Of a stretch of DNA of 64,000 nucleotides, positions 23,804 to 36,690 are shown piece by piece; within the stretch, counting starts at the first letter, position 1, and the number at the start of each line of letters is the position of its first letter. The stretch comes from Phoronis australis (Eukaryota; Animalia; Phoronida): the NCBI GenBank assembly GCA_002633005.1, contig NMRA01000009.1:1101169-1165168 (forward strand). Direction: 5' to 3'. A program made the translations under genes and the position numbers. A model generated the notes under the pieces. The model was not told where the DNA came from. It did no database searches and saw only the letters and a program-made list of their open reading frames with translations.

Positions 23804-25190
23804 CTAAAACAAGAGAATGGCGATAAAATGACCAGTTAAAGGAACAATGTCAATTTTCTTTATAATTACGTAAGTGAATCAATTTTGAAAATCAATCTCG
23901 TAGTGGATGTGCATTCAAGACAGAATTTGTAATTTTAAAGGGAAAGCAACCATTTGATGCTATCTTCACAAAAAATACTTAATGAAAAAAGTTTATTTTA
24001 CTTTTTTGTGCCATCAATATTCCTTCTAAACCTCTTCTTTCTTTTGTACTTTAACATAAAAAATGGCACAAACAGTCCAGCAAAATGCTCCCTATTATAT
24101 TCTGTATTCATTTCCACAATTAGGCAAACCTTACATAAACTAGCAAGATTTGCATGCAAGTGGACGAGAAAGCATGCACTGTTTTCCCCAGAGTGTACAG
24201 CGAAGTCCTCGGCACATCAAAGGCTTGATGGCGCCACCACGGATTGAAGGTAGCTACTAACTATTCATGGGCTTGGCTGAACGGGCTTGATGAGATGATT
24301 GCGGTCGTAAACCAATACGCCTGTTTAGCAAATGAGTTTTAAAGTCAAAAACCGAACGATAAGTATGGCAAAAGACCAACATGACTGTTTTTAAAATTGA
24401 AAAGTATAAATAGTAGTAATATATTTTTGAATTTTTAAAATCAAGGCATTATAAGAGATAGATTTTCTTCAGTATCACAGCTAAGCAACGAGCATTAAAG
24501 TGAATCGAATATGGTATGTTAGTCACAGTCTGGTTTAGGCTCGCTTAGACGTCGGGGTAGCAGACCCCCAAATGTTAGCGTAGGATTTGTCTCATGAGTG
24601 AACAAGCACAACATGTGAATCTATCACTTTTGAACACAGATTTTGTCAGTCATTCACGTCTGCTCAACGAAAGTGAATGGCGGGCCCTTCTGCTGGGCTA
24701 TTGTTAACACTTTCAATTGTTTCTGGAGAGTGAGTATGTGCCAGCAGAGCAGGTAATTAATGCAAAGCATGTGTCTCTAAGACATTAATTATCTATAATT
24801 TTAGTAAAAGTATCACGGTATAATCAAAAATGGTTGCTTTCCTCTGTAAACATCAGAGTTTCCCTTCACAGTCCCGCTTTCAGTGAGACTTTCCTACTTA
24901 TTTAAAACTCCATCCTGCATGCTGTCACAGCAACAAATACATGTTTACATTCTGATGCTACATGGATACTCATTTTTTAGCTTTTCCAACACTAAATAGC
25001 ACCCTCACACATGTTCCAAATCACGGGCACGGCTAAAAAACCCTCCGCACGACGTTCTTGGGTGTGGTGGTGGACACTTCACATGGGGTATCGCCTAAAT
25101 TCGTGTGTCCCTCTTTTTCATTTTGGAATGTAATGGCAGAGCTTGAACAGATTTTAAAACATAAGCATTTCTAACATTCTTTCTTCACAC

Positions 25191-25473
25191 CTGTACTTAG
25201 CGTCATTCCAGTGACTAATGGGCCAATCCAAGATGTTGTCGCTATACTAGTTCCAAAGTACTCCCTTAAGTCCAAAAACAAAACAGCAAATGAAAAGCAT
25301 ACGCCATCAACAATGGCATGAATGAAGAATGAAGCTGTGACCACTATCCACCCCCATCCCCCGTCAGGGGGAACTGGCATTTCAAATTCTTCATCATCTG
25401 TCCCAGCAACAACGCCGTTGCCATTGGCCCCTTTGTTCTCATCACTCACTGACTCATCAGTTTTGGAAAGCAT
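25191..25473 (-). CDS. SLC16/MCT family gene, coding exon 1 (MCT12/14-like invertebrate subgroup)
   Basis: ATG at 25473 with an in-frame TGA upstream, the signature PPDGGWGW, and donor gtgtga at 25190. An acceptor ttttgcag before 25586 implies an upstream non-coding exon. Confidence 0.93.
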
Positions 25474-25664
25474 TTTCAAACACTTCTTTCACACAAATTG
25501 GTGAGATGTAGTGATAGTTCAGATCTACAATTCTTCTTTTTGTCTTCAGATCTGCTTGCCAGGCTCTTCAGCATGGAGAATGTGAACTGCAAAAATATCA
25601 TTTGAGATATGAGAAACACAGAGGAAAGTAAGTTTCTATCACTGCAAATAGCACAGATGACAAA

Positions 25665-26770
25665 CAACATGACCACCAGTCCTCTAAATCTGACCAACTC
25701 ACCACAAAGCAGCATCAAATGGGACCGCTGCACCAGAAAATGGGACCGACACACCTAAAAACATGACCACCCCACCAAAAAAACAGGACCACCTGAGACT
25801 GAAATGACCGCAATGACAATCAGGATAAGTTTTATGTCAATTGACAGTGTAGGCCTATACAGATCATACGTTGGGGCTATAGACATGCAGGTCTTAAGCT
25901 GATTAATCCACTGAAATCTTTTGTGCACTACAGAAGACTTCACTTTTACTAACGACACTCTTCCTTGAGTAAATTAAATTATCGGCGCTCGGGAAAATTA
26001 GCGTTCTGCCGTTATTCTGCTGCTAAAATTATGATGCGTTCTTTGCGGTCGGCTTTCATTGGCCAGTTTCTTTTTCCCTCGATTCTTCAATCACCTGTTC
26101 TTCTCTTCTGCGAGGTTGCATACATGGCACAACGAATTATTGGAACTGGTTTCATTTCATTACAAGTTTTTAGTATTTTAATACCAGCAAACTGAATTTC
26201 AGAACAAATTTTGCTGTTGCAAAGCTGTCACCATCTTCCGAAAGATGTTGCAAAAGTTTAGGAAATGCCACGTGCACGTGTCAGGAGCGCGACAGATTTT
26301 TCTTTGTTACAAAAGGCAAAGAATTATGCAAGAAAATGATGTTTATTAAATTGTTTTCCACTCAAACGGCAGCAACAGATAGGATGAGTGTCGGTTGATT
26401 CCCAGATTTTGCATGCACCTCCACCTGTCATTAGTTCTGCATGTTGATATAATTTTTACGAGGAGGTTACGAGCAGAACCACCCAAGCTGTGTGAAATTT
26501 CGGGGTCTCACGGGGCTTAACACACAGGCTACAAGGCTGTATTTTGATGATAGTCTTTATACAGCTAGCTGGCCCGTTACGTCATAACCCGCAGTATCAT
26601 TGATAACTATTTGTTCAGTCTCCGGTGGTGGGGCGGTCGTGTTTTTAGGAGCATTGGTCCCATTTTCTGGCGCGGCGGTCCCATGTGATCCCCGTAGGTC
26701 CTGCTTTGTGGTGAGTCACTCTGATTCGGAGGACCGGCGGTCATATTTCGGATCCGGCGGTCATGTTGTT
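25665..26770. mobile_element. Old MITE-like element with diverged inverted ends of about 130 bp
   Basis: 25665-25785 (ACTCACCACAAAGCAG...ATGGGACCG...CCAGAAAATGGGACC...CCTAAAAACA) is mirrored at 26625-26745. Ends and TSD are unresolved. Confidence 0.55.
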
Positions 26771-27793
26771 TCTCACCCACCACAAGGGTCCACGGGGTCT
26801 GTGGCTGGCTGCAGGAAACAGCCCCAGGGACTCAACATCTTGAGTGCTAAATAAGCAAAAAATTACACAAGTATGCAGCTGAGTGAGAGAACCAGATGAC
26901 AAAGGCAGGTTACATTTATTGGAAAGGGTGTGTAGCACAAGACTGGAAGATAAAAACAGAATCAGAAATTAACACACACACACAGATTTTTGTCCTAAAT
27001 CTCAAAATACGTCATCCGGCACATAACTTCCATTTTAGTACAGCTGTAATAAACAGTTATCATAACAAAGTACAAAAATCTATTTCAGTCAAATGACCAA
27101 AATAGAATATCATCAAAATTCCCAAGAAATGAAAGGGGTTTTTCTTCATTCCAAGCTTGAATATGTAGGCAGACATTCCCTGGCGTGAGAATTCTTGAAA
27201 CTCATTTTGAAGTCATGAATAACAAATAAGTAAATTAATGCAGAGTCACTCAAATCTGAAATATTTTATTTCAGTCGCTGTTAATCTGACATTGAACGGA
27301 CCACACTCAACTAACAAGTGTGCAATATATCAAAAGTACTAAAAGCTCCAAAATTAATATTTTGAACAACAGAAAACGTTGAATATTTCAATACTTCTAG
27401 TTATATGATGAGATTTATATAGCTAGTGGTTATACAAATTCTTATTTCTCTTAATGTCTCTAAAGTATTTCAATCAGTGCTTTTGTTGAAAACAGCATAC
27501 ATGGCAAATGGTTTCAGAGTACCATAGTCTCACACTATTATAAGAAACATTCCGTAATTTTGGGCAAAATCATTAATTGGACAATCTGGGTTCGCGTTAA
27601 TAAATTTGAAACAAAAGGTGCTTAGTCCTATGGAAGTGCACTATTCAGAATTTTTTTTGCTTTGTTTCTGAAATGATTCCGCATCCCAACTTTGAAACTG
27701 TTTTAAATTATGGAATGTTTACAATAAATTAATCCCACTTAACCTTCAAACACCCTCTCCTCAGGCCAGGGTTCATAAGTCAATAAAGTCTAC

Positions 27794-29982
27794 CAGGGCT
27801 CGACGCTATTAAAATCACCAGGTCACATTTTGCGACCTAGCCAAAATCCCAGGTCGCATTTTCAAAATCCAGCTCGCATTCGTCAATGCCAGGTCGAAAA
27901 ATTTTCCCGCCATTTTTACGTGCCAAAATAGATTTTTTAGATCATCGAGAAAATGTTTAGATTATGCTCTTACCTGCAGCATTAAATAATCACAAATTTC
28001 GGATTTCAAAATTGACTTTATTCATGCAGGTACGGCCTTACTGTTCTTCACGACCGCCATTGAAAGACTCTAGAGCGGAAGGCAAGTTGCCGACGTGAAA
28101 GTTGAATCAGTTCTCTCTAACTGACTTGTGCATTCGAGTAGCTAAATTTGCGATGTGAAAAGGGAGAAAATGCCCGTTGAAAAAGTATCCGGGATTTTGT
28201 TAGATCTAGCCTGCTACTGGCTGTCATCAAAGTCGCTAACGATTCAAACTAACTCGGGTAATCGCGAGTTTGCTCTTCAATACCTTCCAAGTACGGGAAA
28301 AATAGGTCAGTCGCAAAACGACACGCATGTCACTAGTGTTAACTTTCTTTCCGAGGTATAAAACAAAGCTGGGATTTGGTTTTTACATATCGTGAAAAGA
28401 CGTTTTTGAAAACTGAAGTTGTGTAAAATGAAAGTGACACACACCATATAAGCTGCGTGTCAATTTTAAACCACACGCGGTCGTTTGTAGTGCGCTATGA
28501 TGGGCGCTAGCTTGAACTGTGGGCGCTTAATTGGAAATTCTCAAAATTTAAGGGGGGACTTTTAATAGATCAGTGAGCGCTTATTATGAAACACTACAAA
28601 GGTAGGGAGTAGGCTTGTGCGTGAGCATAGTCGTTAACCACAGTGTTTGCGGTAATAAGATATTAAATCGCTGCAATGGTAAGAAACGTTATAATAATAC
28701 GATTTTGCGAGGCAAACTCCATCTGGTAGGGGTGACTTTCTGGATATCGTTACCACCTACATTGTACCCTTTTTAGCCACCCGGAATGATTTTTTTAACT
28801 GCCTGCTTCAGCCGGAACAAGGTTGTTTCTATAGGAGTCTGAACATTTTACGGCGACGGTGGTTCGGGGAGCGAAAAGTTGCCGGGGGGTGTATAAAGAG
28901 AAGAATGAAAAGTTCGCTAACTTGAACCACAATTTCGCATCTAGTGCCAGTTTAGTTGCAATAGCTGGCTACGGGCATAGAATACAGGGTTTACAGAACA
29001 TCGACCTCGGGAAACATCGGAACAGGATAACGTTAGTTCTGGGTTATATCGGTCCCGGGACATCGGGTCTTTTATAACCGCTGGAAATCTGAGTTCATTT
29101 TCAAACAAACCAGAGCCAAGCCGGTATACTCTTTCATTTAGGACTGTCGCTGTTCTTTGAAGTGATGCGCACGCGTGAGTTCACGAATTTGAATCGCTGA
29201 AGTAGGCCTACACTTTACGTTGGCAACAACGTGTGAAAGACAAATCATATTTCACGCACGTAGCCCCAGAAACAAGTAAAGGGTTTGAGAATTCCTTGGC
29301 AACTGAAAGTAAAGACGTGACCGTCGTTTGGCGACTAATAATTAAGGTTGTCATTTTCACTTTGGCTGTCATAATACGATAAAAAGGAGAAGCACATCTC
29401 AGTCTAAGTCACGATTGTCTGCCGGGACCACTTGCGTGCTAACGGTGCCGCAGTGCGATATCAGGGATATTGTCGTGGATATTTGGTACATGTAATAAGG
29501 ACATCTTATGTGAAAAATAAACATTTTTGTCCACCACAAAGTTTGGTAAGTTGATCGCTTAAGAATTAATAGAATCACCGTTGTTTTGTGAAGTATTATC
29601 ACGTGTTAAGCAGTGGCCCGAAACTTTCTTCGGCGAATCCGAGAATTTACAAAAGTGGCCGAAAGTGTTAGCCAATGAAACGCGTCAAAGATCGATTCTG
29701 CATATCCCATGTTCACGCCACTTACTTACAAGTCATCGGGAGGGCTGTTCTCGGTTAGTGTTCTTTTGAACCTGTATTTGGCAACAACCAAATAACGGTT
29801 GGATTAACAAGAGCTGCTTTGTATTTGCCAGGTATCTGTTGAGAAGTGTAAAAACTCAGCTCGCATTCGTTGGAAATTCCAGGTCGCATTTTGCGACTTG
29901 ATACGAGCTGACAAAAATCTCAGCTCGCATTTTCAAATTTCAGGTCGCAAATGCGACCTCCAGCTCATTATGTCGAGCCCTG
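27794..29982 (+). mobile_element. Non-autonomous CAGGG-terminal DNA transposon with 5-bp TSD (hAT5-like), copy 1
   Basis: TIR CAGGGCTCGAC / GTCGAGCCCTG, TSD TCTAC on both sides, subterminal AGGTCGCA / TGCGACCT repeats. Confidence 0.88.
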
Positions 29983-30486
29983 TCTACACATGCACTGATA
30001 TTAACCACATTATCTGGCATGTCATTTTATGATTTATGAGTAGATAAGCCGAGACTGAGCAGCTGAGTACAGTTACTTGGTACAGTACCTACTTATAAGG
30101 TCAGACTGGCTGGTGGCAGAATACTGAGAACAATGGTACCTTCAACAATCTTACACTTTTGGAATACATTTTAAAGCTTTATGATTTTATACTACCACAT
30201 TGTGGGCCAAAAAGTTCATTCATAACTTTCTTTTAAATCCAGATCAATGTATGTAACAATGGTTTAGAATATGTAATTTGTGTTAATTGTAACTCCCTGC
30301 ACAAATCACTTTCACCCTTAGAACAAAGTAAAATCACATACGGGCAAATGTGGTTGTTGTTTTGAACCTTCTTCATAATATAAGTTTGAATGTTCGAAAA
30401 AACACACAGAGTATCTACGCGTTTTGTATCCCTTCATACTCATCTGAATAACTGGATGCCTATCACCTTTGTAACCATTCATATTC

Positions 30487-30975
30487 CAGGGCTTGGAATG
30501 ACCAATGACAAAAAACGCGGAAACTTTGAAACTATCACGGCCCAAATCATGCCCGATAACCAGCCTTGAAATGGTCAATGTGAACCTTTCCCCGACAAAA
30601 ATCGGGAGGACTAACTAGCAGTAGCATGCATCTGCGTACTTTTAGCTCGCCCGTCCACTCCCAACCCACACATTTTTGGCTGCAGAGCGGTAGTATTTCT
30701 CGCCGCGCTTAACAATAACACGAGACGCCATTGAAAATCCCGCCACGCTGTCCCAGATGCCCCGGCAATGTTGACAATTTACGTTCCTCCGAAACATAAA
30801 GAGCAACTTCCGCTTTTCGAGGTGAACGTCGTCTGCAACGCCGCGGTAAGAAAGGAATTTGCCGAAGAAATTTTATATCAAATCCGATTTTTTTACGCGG
30901 AAATATTATAAAAAAGCGGAAAGAACACTTGAAAAAAGCGGAAATCCGCGTTTCCGCAGAAAATTCCAAGCCCTG
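30487..30975. mobile_element. MITE with 6-bp TSD (hAT6-like)
   Basis: TIR CAGGGCTTGGAA / TTCCAAGCCCTG, TSD ATATTC on both sides. It interrupts a short CATCTGAATAACTGGATG tandem repeat. Confidence 0.85.
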
Positions 30976-31119
30976 ATATTCATCTGAATAACTGGATGTC
31001 AGTCACCTTTGTAGCTATTCATACTTATCTGAATAACTAGATGGCTATGACCTTTGACACAACATAATTGTCAATCAGAGAGCTAGTGGTTGGACATGAG
31101 AACTGAGAAGTCACGTCTG

Positions 31120-32494
31120 GGCCCGGTCTCTAATCTCCGTACTCAGACTCATACTCATACTCGAGATTTCATACTCAAAATCGTGCTCACTGGAGTCGTA
31201 CTCAAAAAAGCGTATCTAACGTTGTATTTCGAGTAGACTCCAAACGTACTCAAATCTGACACTCATACTCGAGTTGCTATGGAACTCTTTATGATGTGAA
31301 ATGCAAAATCACGCAAAGTCGCGCTGATTCATCGCTCCCTATTAGAATAGACCACCCCAAGAACTAGGCCTACATTATCGTCTGCTGTCGCTACAACTAC
31401 AAGAGTATGTCTATAACGTGGAATTCTGAGTGTTCTGTAACTGTTATTCATTTTTTAGGTTCAATTAATATTCTTATGCCATTTCTTTGATACATTTGGC
31501 AAATATCAAGCTTTACTTCTTGAGTTCCTCACCCAGTCCCGAAAATGTCTTAAGAAATATGTAACAGCTTATCACATCACAACTCTGTTGCTAATTTAGT
31601 CTTCACATAAAACCCATTGCTGTGTAGGCCTACGCTGATGTCAAACTTTGATACTGTATCTTCGTATTTTACCGGGATGTAACAAGTGAGTTGACATTTG
31701 GCACGTGAGTTAAAAAACAATACTTGTGCAGGCATTCAGAGTTCACCAGTGGCAGTGAACGGGACGAGACATCTACTTAGAAATCGGCAAACAAAATCTG
31801 GAATTCCATTTGGGGATTGAGGAATTATAGATGACTAAGTTATGATTGATGAGAAATGTACCTGCCAGGGAAGCGAACTTTTTTTGACTTCCCTCCCCTC
31901 CTCGTCTTTTGGAAACACTACAAAACGTAGGCACACATACCGAAATAAGGGCAGCACAAACTTCTCATACGGCTTTTCCCACAACTGCTTTCGACGCTTG
32001 TTATGACTCGCCAACAAGGGATTACAATGCGCCTGTTGCCAAGAATTGTAGACGTAGAATGGTGGCCATAACATACAGTGATACGGCGCGTTAATAAGGT
32101 GAAGAATAAGAAAATTTAAGATGAAAACTATTATCTCTGAACTGAAATTGAAGTGCTGAGATACGGTAAGAGGACTTAATTTTTTTAGATTTGCTGTGTT
32201 TCTTGGTTCCCTTTCGATATTTTGTTCTCTGGCTCGTATTTATTTTCGAGTATGATTTCAAGCACACTGCCATACCAAACTTGAAATTTGAGCATAGACT
32301 CCGAATTTTTACTCAAAATCGTACTCGAAATATAGATGAGATACACTTCAGTTCGAGTACGTGCTCAAAATTTCGAGTACAGATTTTTCGAGTATGACAT
32401 TGAATACACCAAAGCTGAGTCTGTACTCGAGTTGAGTATGAAGTGTGAGTTTGAGCATGATTCGAGTCTGAGTACGGAGACTGGAGACCGGGCC
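31120..32494. mobile_element. PIF/Harbinger-like MITE with long TACTC/GAGTA-rich TIRs
   Basis: TIR GGCCCGGTCTC / GAGACCGGGCC, 3-bp TSD CTG. Inverted similarity extends about 150 bp. Confidence 0.82.
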
Positions 32495-33412
32495 CTGGTA
32501 TCTTTGCAGGTTGATGAGATGGCCTTGAATTTAGGGGCCCAGTGGATTAGTCAAGAGACCCAGGAAATCTTGAATACCTCAAAAACAATATGATCAAGGC
32601 TTGACATAAGCGAGTATAAGTTCAAAAATACAAGAGGAAAAAGTAAAATGCAAGTAGAAATTGACCTCACTCGTATTACTCCTACTGCGCCAAGTGCACG
32701 TTCGGCGTTTTTCCCCTTGTCACCACAAATTATCAGCCCAAATCTGGAAATGCAAGAAGCAATCATGCCTTTTATTCATATCAATTCCAGCGCACATTTT
32801 CGCCTACATCAAGCACTGAAGATGTAGGGAAAGACAGCTTGCACCAAGGCAACACCTAGCCCCTAGGTTGGCCAGTTAGGGGCTACAATACTTCCAATCA
32901 CTTTCTGCACAAATTTCGTCCAGCGTATTTTAAACGGGTGATAGGGCAAATCCGGTCACCGACTGAGTTTTCACTTTGTCAAAATTACATTCTACACTAT
33001 GACTTAAAAAAGCACTTACTTTCTTCAGTGTTCCTTTCTACTTCTACACATATCTTCGATGAAGTATAGCTACGACAATTAAAGTAACTTAGGCGAAGAA
33101 TTCCAACTTTTTGGTCATCGTTAACTTTTTCACCACGCGCGATAACCATAACACAAAGCATTTCAACTGTGTCTCATGAGTTAGACAAAGGCTAGCGCAA
33201 AACTGAGCGAAGCGCATGACACTGGCCGACGTTACACTTGCAAAATAGCATGGAAAGGTATCAGGTGAAATTTGTAAGATTTGTATCACTTAGGTTATTT
33301 ATTAGTCGGCATGCGTGATTTCACATAACTTCCTAAAAATGGCACCCATTAAGAAAAATTCGAGCAAACCACGAAAGATTTTCATCGATTTGTTCAAATT
33401 ATCTTGACTGAA

Positions 33413-35415
33413 CAGGGCTCGACATAACGAGCTGCAGGTCGCATTTGCGACCTGAAATTTGGAAATGCGAGCTGAGATTTTTGTCAGCTTGTATCAAGTC
33501 GCAAAATGCGACCTGGAATTTCCAACGAATGCGAGCTGAGTTTTTACACTTCTCAAAAGATACCTGGGCAAATACAAAGCAGCTCTTGTTAATCCGACCG
33601 TTATTTGGTTGTTGCCAAATACAAGTTCAAAAGAACACTAACCGCGAACAGCGCTCCCGATAACTTGTAAGCAAGTGGCGTGAACACGGGATATGCAGAA
33701 TCGATCTTTGACGCGTTTCATTGGCTAACACTTTCGGCCACTTTTGTAAATTCCCGGATTCGCCAAAGAAAGTTTCGGGCCACTGCTTAACACGTGATAA
33801 AACTTCACAAAACAACGGTGTTTCTATTAATTCTTAAGCGATCAACTTACTAAACTTTGTGGTGGACAAAAATGTTTATTTTTCACATAAGATGTCATTA
33901 TTACATGTACCAAATATCCACGACAATATACCTGATATCGCACTGCGGCACCGTTAGCGCGCAAGCTGTCCCCGCAGACAATCGTGACTTAAACTGAGAT
34001 GTGCTTCTCCTTTTTATCGTATTAAGACAGCCAAAGTGAAAATGACAACCTTATTAATCGCCAAACGACGGTCACGTCTTTACTTTCAGTTGCCAAGAAA
34101 TTCCCAAACCCTTTACTTGTTTCAGGGGCTACGTGCGCGAAATATGATTTGTCTCTCACACGTTGTTGCCAACGTAAAGTGTAGGCCTACTCCAGCGATT
34201 CAAGTGCGTGAACCATAGGCGGATTTAGGGGGGGTCAGGGGGCCGGGCCCCCCTCTCCCTTGGCTTCCGCAAAAAATAAAACAGCAAGAGCGAAGAGAAA
34301 TGGTGAGTTTATTAATTAACCCCGGTAATTAAAATTATACGGATGAAAAAAGAATTAAATGTGTGCAGTTTTAGTGTTGGGGGGGGGGGCTCAAATCCAA
34401 TTTCAAGTGTCAAATTAGGAACACGGCGCANNNNNNNNNNNNNNNNNNNNNNNNNNNNNNNNNNNNNNNNNNNNNNNNNNNNNNNNNNNNNNNNNNNNNN
34501 NNNNNNNNNNNNNNNNNNNNNNNNNNNNNNNNNNNNNNNNNNNNNNNNNNNNNNNNNNNNNNNNNNNNNNNNNNNNNNNNNNNNNNNNNNNNNNNNNNNN
34601 NNNNNNNNNNNNNNNNNNNNNNNNNNNNNNNNNNNNNNNNNNNNNNNNNNNNNNNNNNNCTTAAATTTTGAGAATTTCCAATTAAGCGCCCACAGTTCAA
34701 GCTAGCGCCCATCATAGCGCACTACAAACGACCGCGTGTGGTTTAAAATTGACACGCAGCTTATATGGTGTGTGTCACTTTCATTTTACACAACTTCAGT
34801 TTTCAAAAACGTCTTTTCGCAATATGTAAAAACCAAATCCCGGCTTTGTTTTATACCTCGGAAAGAAAGTTAACACTAGTGACATGCGTGTCATTTTGCG
34901 ACTGACCTATTTTCCTCGTACTTGGAAGGTATTGAAGAGCAAACTCGCGATTACCCGAGTTAGTTAGAATTGTTAACGACTTTGATGACAGCCAGTAGCA
35001 GGCCAGATCTAACAAAATCCCGGACTTTTTCAACGGGCATTTTCTCCCTTTTCACATCGCAAATTTAGCTACTCGAATGCACAAGTCAGTTAGAGAGCAC
35101 TGATTCAACTTTCATGCCAGCAACTTGCCTTGCGCTCTAGAGTCTTTCAATGGCGGCCGTGAAGAACAGTAAGGCCGTACCTGCATGAATGAAGTCAATT
35201 TTGAGATCCAAAATTTGTGAGTAATTAACGCTGCAGGTAAGAGCATAATCTAAACATTTTCTCAATGATCTAAAAAATCTATTTTGGAGGGTAAAAATGG
35301 CGGAAAATTTTGCGACCTAGCATTTACGAATGCGAGCTGGATTTTGAAAATGCGACCTGGGATTTTGGCTAGGTCTCAAAATGCGACCTGGCGATTTTAA
35401 TAGCGTCGAGCCCTG
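33413..35415 (-). mobile_element. hAT5-like element, copy 2 (opposite orientation), containing a nested insertion and an N gap
   Basis: Same TIR as 27794-29982, TSD CTGAA on both sides. The body is the reverse complement of copy 1 except for 34214-34659. Confidence 0.88.
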
Positions 35416-36174
35416 CTGAATCGTCTCCAGACTTATGGTATGTGTTAATAACTCCATGTGCATACATGCACATCTTTCATTTGATTTTAATTCCTGTATT
35501 TTGAAATTTGTAACTTTTTGTGGGGATGTACTATCACCCCTGTATGCCTGCAGCATCCAGGGCGATGTAATTGCCTAGATTGCACCATGCTGATAGCACT
35601 TGCTGAGATCTATAACCACATACAAAATTACAAAAACATCCCTCCCGCTAGAACAGACATGGTATAGGTAAAACAACTCTCACATAGCATGTACAGTGCA
35701 AACAAACAAACGCAGACTTCTATCTATCTGTCTATCTGTCTCTCTTGGAGCATTTTACACTCGAAGTCGAAGATTCTGAAGTGGCACATGTTACAAATTA
35801 AAAGTGTGATGGTGAGGTGTGTATGTATGCGTACAAGAGTAGTGTGAGTGCAGTGCGGTGCAATGTGCATGAAGTGCAATGGTGACTAATGTGAGAGGAG
35901 GGCTGTCTGGAAGTGATCCAGAGATACAGCACCAATGACATGGGCAAGTATGTCAGTGTTCCAGGTAGGCAATGACCATCGCCTCTGTTGGCCCGAACCA
36001 GAGGCGATGCGGCTCCTATAGGCGCTCCATACGCCGGATGCTTTTCGGCAAATTACGCCTCGCACTGGCTAAAGCATGAAAGTCACATTGTTATAAATAC
36101 CTTTTGCGTATAGAGGGACACCTTAGGAGGTAAGCGGTGTGTTTAATTCCTTCCAACTCGAACAAATACTTCCG

Positions 36175-36690
36175 TTATCAAACTTTTTGTTCGAGCAGTC
36201 ACTCGTTCAGTTCCCAAAATCGTGAACTCACCATTTTTATACTGCGCACGCTCCAATTTTTACCGTGCTCGCTAGGTGACGTAACTTCATGACCTCAATC
36301 TTTAAATATAGGCCAAAGGTGAGCCATTGCGGTCTTGTCAGTCAAATGTTCGTTTCCAAATGCCACCACTTATACTTGTATTAATTGGCGTCACTTGAAA
36401 CTGATTGTATACATGTATTTGATAAAAATAAATGCTGTTGATATGACATTTAATAGTCTTTGTGCACATATTTGACATTTTAGTGTTTAACAACACGGCA
36501 AATGCACGGCTGGTTCCCGGCAGCATGTACGCAAAGGGTGGGAACTTCAGCTTTCAAAGTTTGCCGGTAGGATCCCCAACTTCTGACATTCGGCCTTGTT
36601 AAAAGAATCTCTTGGCGAGCGCCAAGTGAAAATGTTGAGTTCACGATTTTGGGAACTGAAATAGGGACTGCTCGAAGAAAGTTTTTGTTG
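36175..36690. repeat. Inverted repeat pair (about 60-bp arms), MITE-like
   Basis: TTCGAGCAGTC...TTCAGTTCCCAAAATCGTGAACTCA (about 36190-36237) is mirrored at about 36629-36686. The neighbouring 36015-36250 resembles 45936-46125. Confidence 0.6.

Noticed and set aside
34343-34715. ORFs spanning poly-X
   Set aside because: Artefact of the N gap at 34431-34659.
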